From: a bacterium
GTDB taxonomy: Bacteria > Electryoneota > Electryoneia > Electryoneales > Electryoneaceae
Assembly: GCA_963669175.1 (NCBI GenBank)
Contig: OY769902.1
Location: 3,392,001-3,456,000, forward strand
Length of the DNA: 64,000 bases
Direction of reading: 5' to 3'
The notes beneath the pieces were generated by a model. The model did no database searches, was not told where the DNA came from, and saw nothing but the letters and a program-made list of their open reading frames with translations. The translations under genes and the position numbers were made by a program. Positions 59,668-64,000 of the stretch are shown here, in pieces (position 1 is the stretch's first letter; each line of letters opens with the position of its first letter).

Positions 59668-60576
59668 TTACAAGACTCCCAGCATTTCTACAAGCTTCTG
59701 TGCATGCACTATGTGCGGCTCATATCTGTCACGCATTTCCTGCAATGCGGCTTTGCCAAAGGTGTTTTGCAACCGATGCGGTAAATGCTCACTCACTTGC
59801 ACAAAAGGCTCTTCCAGAACAAATTCAAATGGAGAAAGCGCGCTGGCGAATTGGAGAATCGCAGAATAGAATGCTAATTCTTCTGCCTGATCCGGCGCGT
59901 GATGAAAACGGATGATCCTGCACAGGTCTTCCGGGATCCCCCAACGATAAAGAAAAAGCGCTCCTACTGCCGAATGATCCATCCCAAGCTGTTCTATTTC
60001 ATACCGAACATCCCATGTGCCCAGTTCTTCTCGAATCTGGAGCATCATGCGCATCTGGTCATGAAACAGAAAATCTATCACAATCCAACCGATATTATGC
60101 AGCAAGCCCGCCAGGAACATATCCAGTCCGGGATTTGCCTGGATCTCTTTTCGTACCTCAAAACTGCGAGCCAGAAAACCTGTTGCGAGCGCATGTCGCC
60201 AAAGTGATGTCCGGTCCAGTTTGTCGCTTTCCCATTCATCCAATGCCCGCATCATTCCCGTGCTGACACAGACCTCAATAACAGAGTTCAGCCCTATCGT
60301 CATAATGGATTGTTCCAATGAACTGGCGGGGTAACGACGCGAATACAAAGCAGAATTGGCCACCCGCATGATCCTGGCAGCCAAGGGAGGGTCTGTCTGA
60401 ATGATCTTCTTCAACTCATTGATGCTGGCGTCAGGCTCTTTTGCCAGCGATACCACTCGCATGGCAACAGCCGGCAAAGTCGGAAGCGTTTCAACTGATT
60501 CAATAGCGTGAATCGTACTCCTGCGTAATGCTTTCAGATCATCCGTATTATTTTGGATTTGAGCATCCATAAACAC
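59668..60576 (-). CDS. HDOD-domain protein
   Basis: LPTLP, DPPLAARIMRVANSA, GLLHNIG, DHSAVG...W..P...I.FHH. Confidence 0.93.
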   Translation of the reverse strand: MFMDAQIQNNTDDLKALRRSTIHAIESVETLPTLPAVAMRVVSLAKEPDASINELKKIIQTDPPLAARIMRVANSALYSRRYPASSLEQSIMTIGLNSVIEVCVSTGMMRALDEWESDKLDRTSLWRHALATGFLARSFEVRKEIQANPGLDMFLAGLLHNIGWIVIDFLFHDQMRMMLQIREELGTWDVRYEIEQLGMDHSAVGALFLYRWGIPEDLCRIIRFHHAPDQAEELAFYSAILQFASALSPFEFVLEEPFVQVSEHLPHRLQNTFGKAALQEMRDRYEPHIVHAQKLVEMLGVL

Positions 60577-60585
60577 CCGCTACAA

Positions 60586-62262
60586 CTAGTTGTTCAAACA
60601 GCGCTTCATCACAACGTAAAACTCCTCGCCAAGGTCGCTGTTTAAATCGACCTTGCAACGGAAGAGCTCATTGGCAATGTATTGTTTGGCGCGATTCCAG
60701 TCGGGAGCACGAGAGATCTTATCTAAAAATGTTTCCAGCGCCTCCTCATTTCCACCATACATCTCTTCCACAATGCGGTTGTGAGTGTCGCCGCTACGTA
60801 AAGGTGTAAACCGGTCTTTCTTTACAGGTTTTACTGGTGTTTCGGAAACGACTGGCTTTGAGATCGCTGGTTTTACCGGTGGAGGCGTCTGCATTTCCTG
60901 TTTGACTGGATGACGTCTGGCGAAAGATGGTAAAGGTGCCGAAGCAGGAGTTTTTCGTATCGGAGCCGCTTCCTCTTCTTCAGTAAACTCCTCTTGAGGT
61001 TCTGCCGCAGGAATGCCAATCTCGAAATCATCAGCTACTTCTGGCGTGGACTCACGCTGAACGCTCCCGCCAATCTCTATATCACTCCACTCAGTATCTT
61101 CTTCAACAATCTCCTCTTCAGCTTCCTCTTCAACCTCTTCGGCAAAGCTGAATACATCATCACTGTCAAAATCATAGTCATCTTCAGGCGCTTCCGCTTC
61201 GCCTTCCTCTACAACACCGATGGCGAACTCTTCCTCTTCGTCTTCATAAAGGTCAACTTCAGGCGCTTCCGCTTCGATTATTGTGCGTGTATTGGTTTCA
61301 AGATCAACCTTTGGTTCTGGGGATTTATGCTTTTTTATCAAGCGTTCTTCTTCACCGGAACGCTGCATCCCCTGGAAAAGTCTTTCCAGTTTCTCATCAG
61401 GTACTTCCCTTATAGGAGCACTGACAGGCTCAATCATTTCGACCGGTTCAGGTTTTGGAGGTTCTGGCTCTTTTTGTTGAATCGTTTCTGATACCGAAGA
61501 ACGCCCAAGGCGGTCCAGTCCGGCCGATGAGGGCGCACTGGCAGCTTCACGTTTCCGAATCAGCGAATAACGCTTGACGATGCGGATCAGATCATCAGCC
61601 GTAGCCTCAGCAATGCCGACTTCGAGCTCCAGTTCCAGCGACCAGCTAAGTGTCTTTGCGCCTCGCTTGTCCGTCAACGCTTTCACATCCTGGAGAGAGA
61701 TCTTCTTCTTCCTATCCTCTACCCCAAGCGTTTCTACCAGGTCGATAATGGATTCACGAGGATGTGAAGTGGCCCAGGAATCATAGACCCCCTGGAGAAT
61801 TTCCAGGAATGAGCCACGATCCAGCATGGTCTGTGGCGGGATGGCAAGATCATTCACGACTGTCGCGACAATGCCTTTGAGGGATGTCTTGCGCAACACC
61901 GGCTCGATATCAGCCCAAGATGCAGTCACCCTGCGACGGAATACCTTATCGGCAAGCTTCTGGAACTCGCCGCCAGGCGCCGGTGGAAGTTCGTCTATGT
62001 AATCCTCGACAACTCGAATAACCTCAGAGGATTCAATTGTCCAGGCAAGCGCCATGGCATTGACTAGTTGACGCACTGCGTCATGTCTGGATAAATCCAG
62101 CTCACCATCACGTGCAAACACATCAGCACGGCGCACGGCTTCATCACGTGCCAGGTTATCCAGGCGAATACGAAGTTTTTCGGGGAGATCGCCCCAGACC
62201 CTGGGGGATATCCGTGCATCATTCTGATGGGTTTTCAACCAAGCATTCAGCTCGTCCATCAA
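60586..62262 (-). CDS. Hypothetical protein with long acidic low-complexity linker
   Basis: 558-aa ORF with E/D/P-rich middle between two helical-looking regions. Confidence 0.75.
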   Translation of the reverse strand: MMDELNAWLKTHQNDARISPRVWGDLPEKLRIRLDNLARDEAVRRADVFARDGELDLSRHDAVRQLVNAMALAWTIESSEVIRVVEDYIDELPPAPGGEFQKLADKVFRRRVTASWADIEPVLRKTSLKGIVATVVNDLAIPPQTMLDRGSFLEILQGVYDSWATSHPRESIIDLVETLGVEDRKKKISLQDVKALTDKRGAKTLSWSLELELEVGIAEATADDLIRIVKRYSLIRKREAASAPSSAGLDRLGRSSVSETIQQKEPEPPKPEPVEMIEPVSAPIREVPDEKLERLFQGMQRSGEEERLIKKHKSPEPKVDLETNTRTIIEAEAPEVDLYEDEEEEFAIGVVEEGEAEAPEDDYDFDSDDVFSFAEEVEEEAEEEIVEEDTEWSDIEIGGSVQRESTPEVADDFEIGIPAAEPQEEFTEEEEAAPIRKTPASAPLPSFARRHPVKQEMQTPPPVKPAISKPVVSETPVKPVKKDRFTPLRSGDTHNRIVEEMYGGNEEALETFLDKISRAPDWNRAKQYIANELFRCKVDLNSDLGEEFYVVMKRCLNN

Positions 62263-62623
62263 ACAGCCTCCCTAAGCGGACAAAAGACAGGATTCTACTG
62301 CCGAAACCGAATGTAGCTAACATACCAGTTATTCAACCTCCTTGGCAACCATTTAAGAAGTCCCTTTAAAGGAATCCGTGTCATGGGAGACTGTGCCCAG
62401 ATCAGGTCAACACACGTATTCTCGGGTAAAGATTGCCGTTGCTGGAAGTATTTTTCCTCATTGCCCCAAACGAATTGCCTCCGGTTGCCAGCGTATATAT
62501 AAGTAAAATAAAGAACAAGATTAATCAAGGTATGTTGGCATAATAATTGTCATTTCTTCACGCAGACGGGGGCCTGCGCAACCGTCTACACATACTCCTT
62601 TCTATGATGAAAGGACCCCTTGC

Positions 62624-62657
62624 TACGACACACCTTGCCGGGTGTGTCGTTTTTTTC
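62624..62657 (+). terminator. Intrinsic terminator
   Basis: ACGACACACC-ttgccg-GGTGTGTCGT followed by a T-run. Confidence 0.8.
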
Positions 62658-62862
62658 TCCGGGAGTCAGTTATTACAGCTTCCCCCACATCCCCCCTTTA
62701 TCCTCTTATAAGCATTACTATGTCGAGCAATGTTGGATAGAAAAAATCAGAGCATTCACCTATTCCGGGGGACAAATCGAGAAATCAGTTGCTCCCATAG
62801 CGGATGTGAATTACATTGTCCAATTAGTTTCGGCAGACGCTTGGGTCAGAATAGGCAGGGGC

Positions 62863-64000
62863 ATGCCGCAGAATCTACGCTCATACATTCTTACGTTTAC
62901 ACTGGTCGCGATCGTCCTGGTGACGTTTGCGTTTCCTGTAAGTGCGCAGCGCAAAGAACTCGAGCAGCAATACGAGGAAATTCTTCGTATGCCGGCGGGT
63001 GAAGCGCAGACACGTGCATTCGAGAACCTCGTCTTCAGTATTGACCGGCGTGGGCGCTTGGGGCCTGCTCCGGTTGAAGATCTTGCATGGATATACCTGA
63101 ACAACGAGCAACTGGATCGTGCTATCGGCCTTTTAAATACACTGGAAAGCCGCAACAGCACCGACTACCTACTCATGTTTACCATGGCAAAGCGGATATG
63201 GGAGCAGCGACAGGATTTCGCGACTACCCAACGCCTGTTGAACAAGGCTGTGACCAATGTTCAACTTGGACGTCGTGTGCCACCGAAAGAAGCGTATGAC
63301 GCTGCATACTATGCTGAAACGTATGAAATCCTGGGCATGATCGAGTATTATTTCGCTTCTTTGTACATGTCACAAAACGACTATAGGAAAGCGGACGAGC
63401 ACATCTCACGCGCCATCAGTTACCGTACAGATCCACGCGACTACACGCTTCTGAGCGGCATTCTGCTGCAAAAGGGACGTATCAAGGCGCGCGAATGCCT
63501 CGGCACTGCCATGTTCGCCATTTATCGTGGTGAAATCCCGGAAGCACGTCAGACCTTCAAGTCAGCATATGACAGTCTCGAATGGGACGTGCATAAACTG
63601 GATGATTATATCGAGGAATTCCAGAATCTTTACATTTCCAACGATGCCAACATCATTCTTCGCGCCCCGGAACGTACGCCGGTTCGAGAGCTTCCGACTC
63701 TCGACCTGTCGCTGGCGATGGGCATGGATGGTATGGCGCTGGTTTTCTGGGATGAGAATATGGCTCCGTGGGATCTGAAGGGAGCTCAGTCATTATTCGA
63801 CCTGATGCGCCAGAAGAACATCCCCAACATGTTTGTCTATGCAGGGGATGATTACGGTGAAGGTGCTGCAAAGCTGCGTCAACAACGCTATTCCTTCATG
63901 GGAATTGATGTCGCTGACCTTGAAGTATTACGTGCATTCCAGGTAGTTAAAACTCCAACTGTGCTGGTGATAGGCCCCGAAGGAAGAATCCTGTATCGTA
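62863..64000 (+). CDS. Exported TPR-like plus thioredoxin-like protein (runs off the window edge; not in ORF track)
   Basis: Manual translation MPQNLRSYILTFTLVAIVLVTFAFPVSAQ...; ends LVFWDE...AFQVVKTPTVLVIGPEGRILYR, TlpA-like but without CxxC. Confidence 0.7.
   Translation, partial: MPQNLRSYILTFTLVAIVLVTFAFPVSAQRKELEQQYEEILRMPAGEAQTRAFENLVFSIDRRGRLGPAPVEDLAWIYLNNEQLDRAIGLLNTLESRNSTDYLLMFTMAKRIWEQRQDFATTQRLLNKAVTNVQLGRRVPPKEAYDAAYYAETYEILGMIEYYFASLYMSQNDYRKADEHISRAISYRTDPRDYTLLSGILLQKGRIKARECLGTAMFAIYRGEIPEARQTFKSAYDSLEWDVHKLDDYIEEFQNLYISNDANIILRAPERTPVRELPTLDLSLAMGMDGMALVFWDENMAPWDLKGAQSLFDLMRQKNIPNMFVYAGDDYGEGAAKLRQQRYSFMGIDVADLEVLRAFQVVKTPTVLVIGPEGRILYR

Overview
Bacterial window, probably from an FCB-superphylum lineage (inferred from six secreted proteins ending in a T9SS/Por-type sorting domain). 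Bases 1-38 kb are accessory and surface-related. They hold a VTC polyphosphate polymerase + DUF4956 + HlyD + three CotH-kinase + lamin-tail cluster, and a 1,788-bp element (13569-15356) encoding only two DUF1670 proteins, bounded by 21-bp inverted repeats and sitting in a duplicated TTA that is the stop codon of a CotH gene. They also hold three secreted proteins with different N-termini on a shared C-terminal module, interleaved with two near-identical peptide precursors and a SynChlorMet-like maturation cassette (RRE, ScmC-like kinase, S26 peptidase, ABC exporter, nucleotidyltransferase) that has no radical SAM enzyme or lasso cyclase. An IS5-family element and REP-like palindromes, three of them in-frame inside a gene, are also present. 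Bases 38-64 kb are mostly housekeeping: seven tRNAs, infC-rpmI-rplT, mutY, antiporter, POT transporter, TetR-TolC-MFP-RND operon and HDOD protein. The best candidates for undescribed systems are the DUF1670 element, the RiPP-like cassette and the VTC/CotH cluster. All family assignments come from motif recognition by eye, not database searches.
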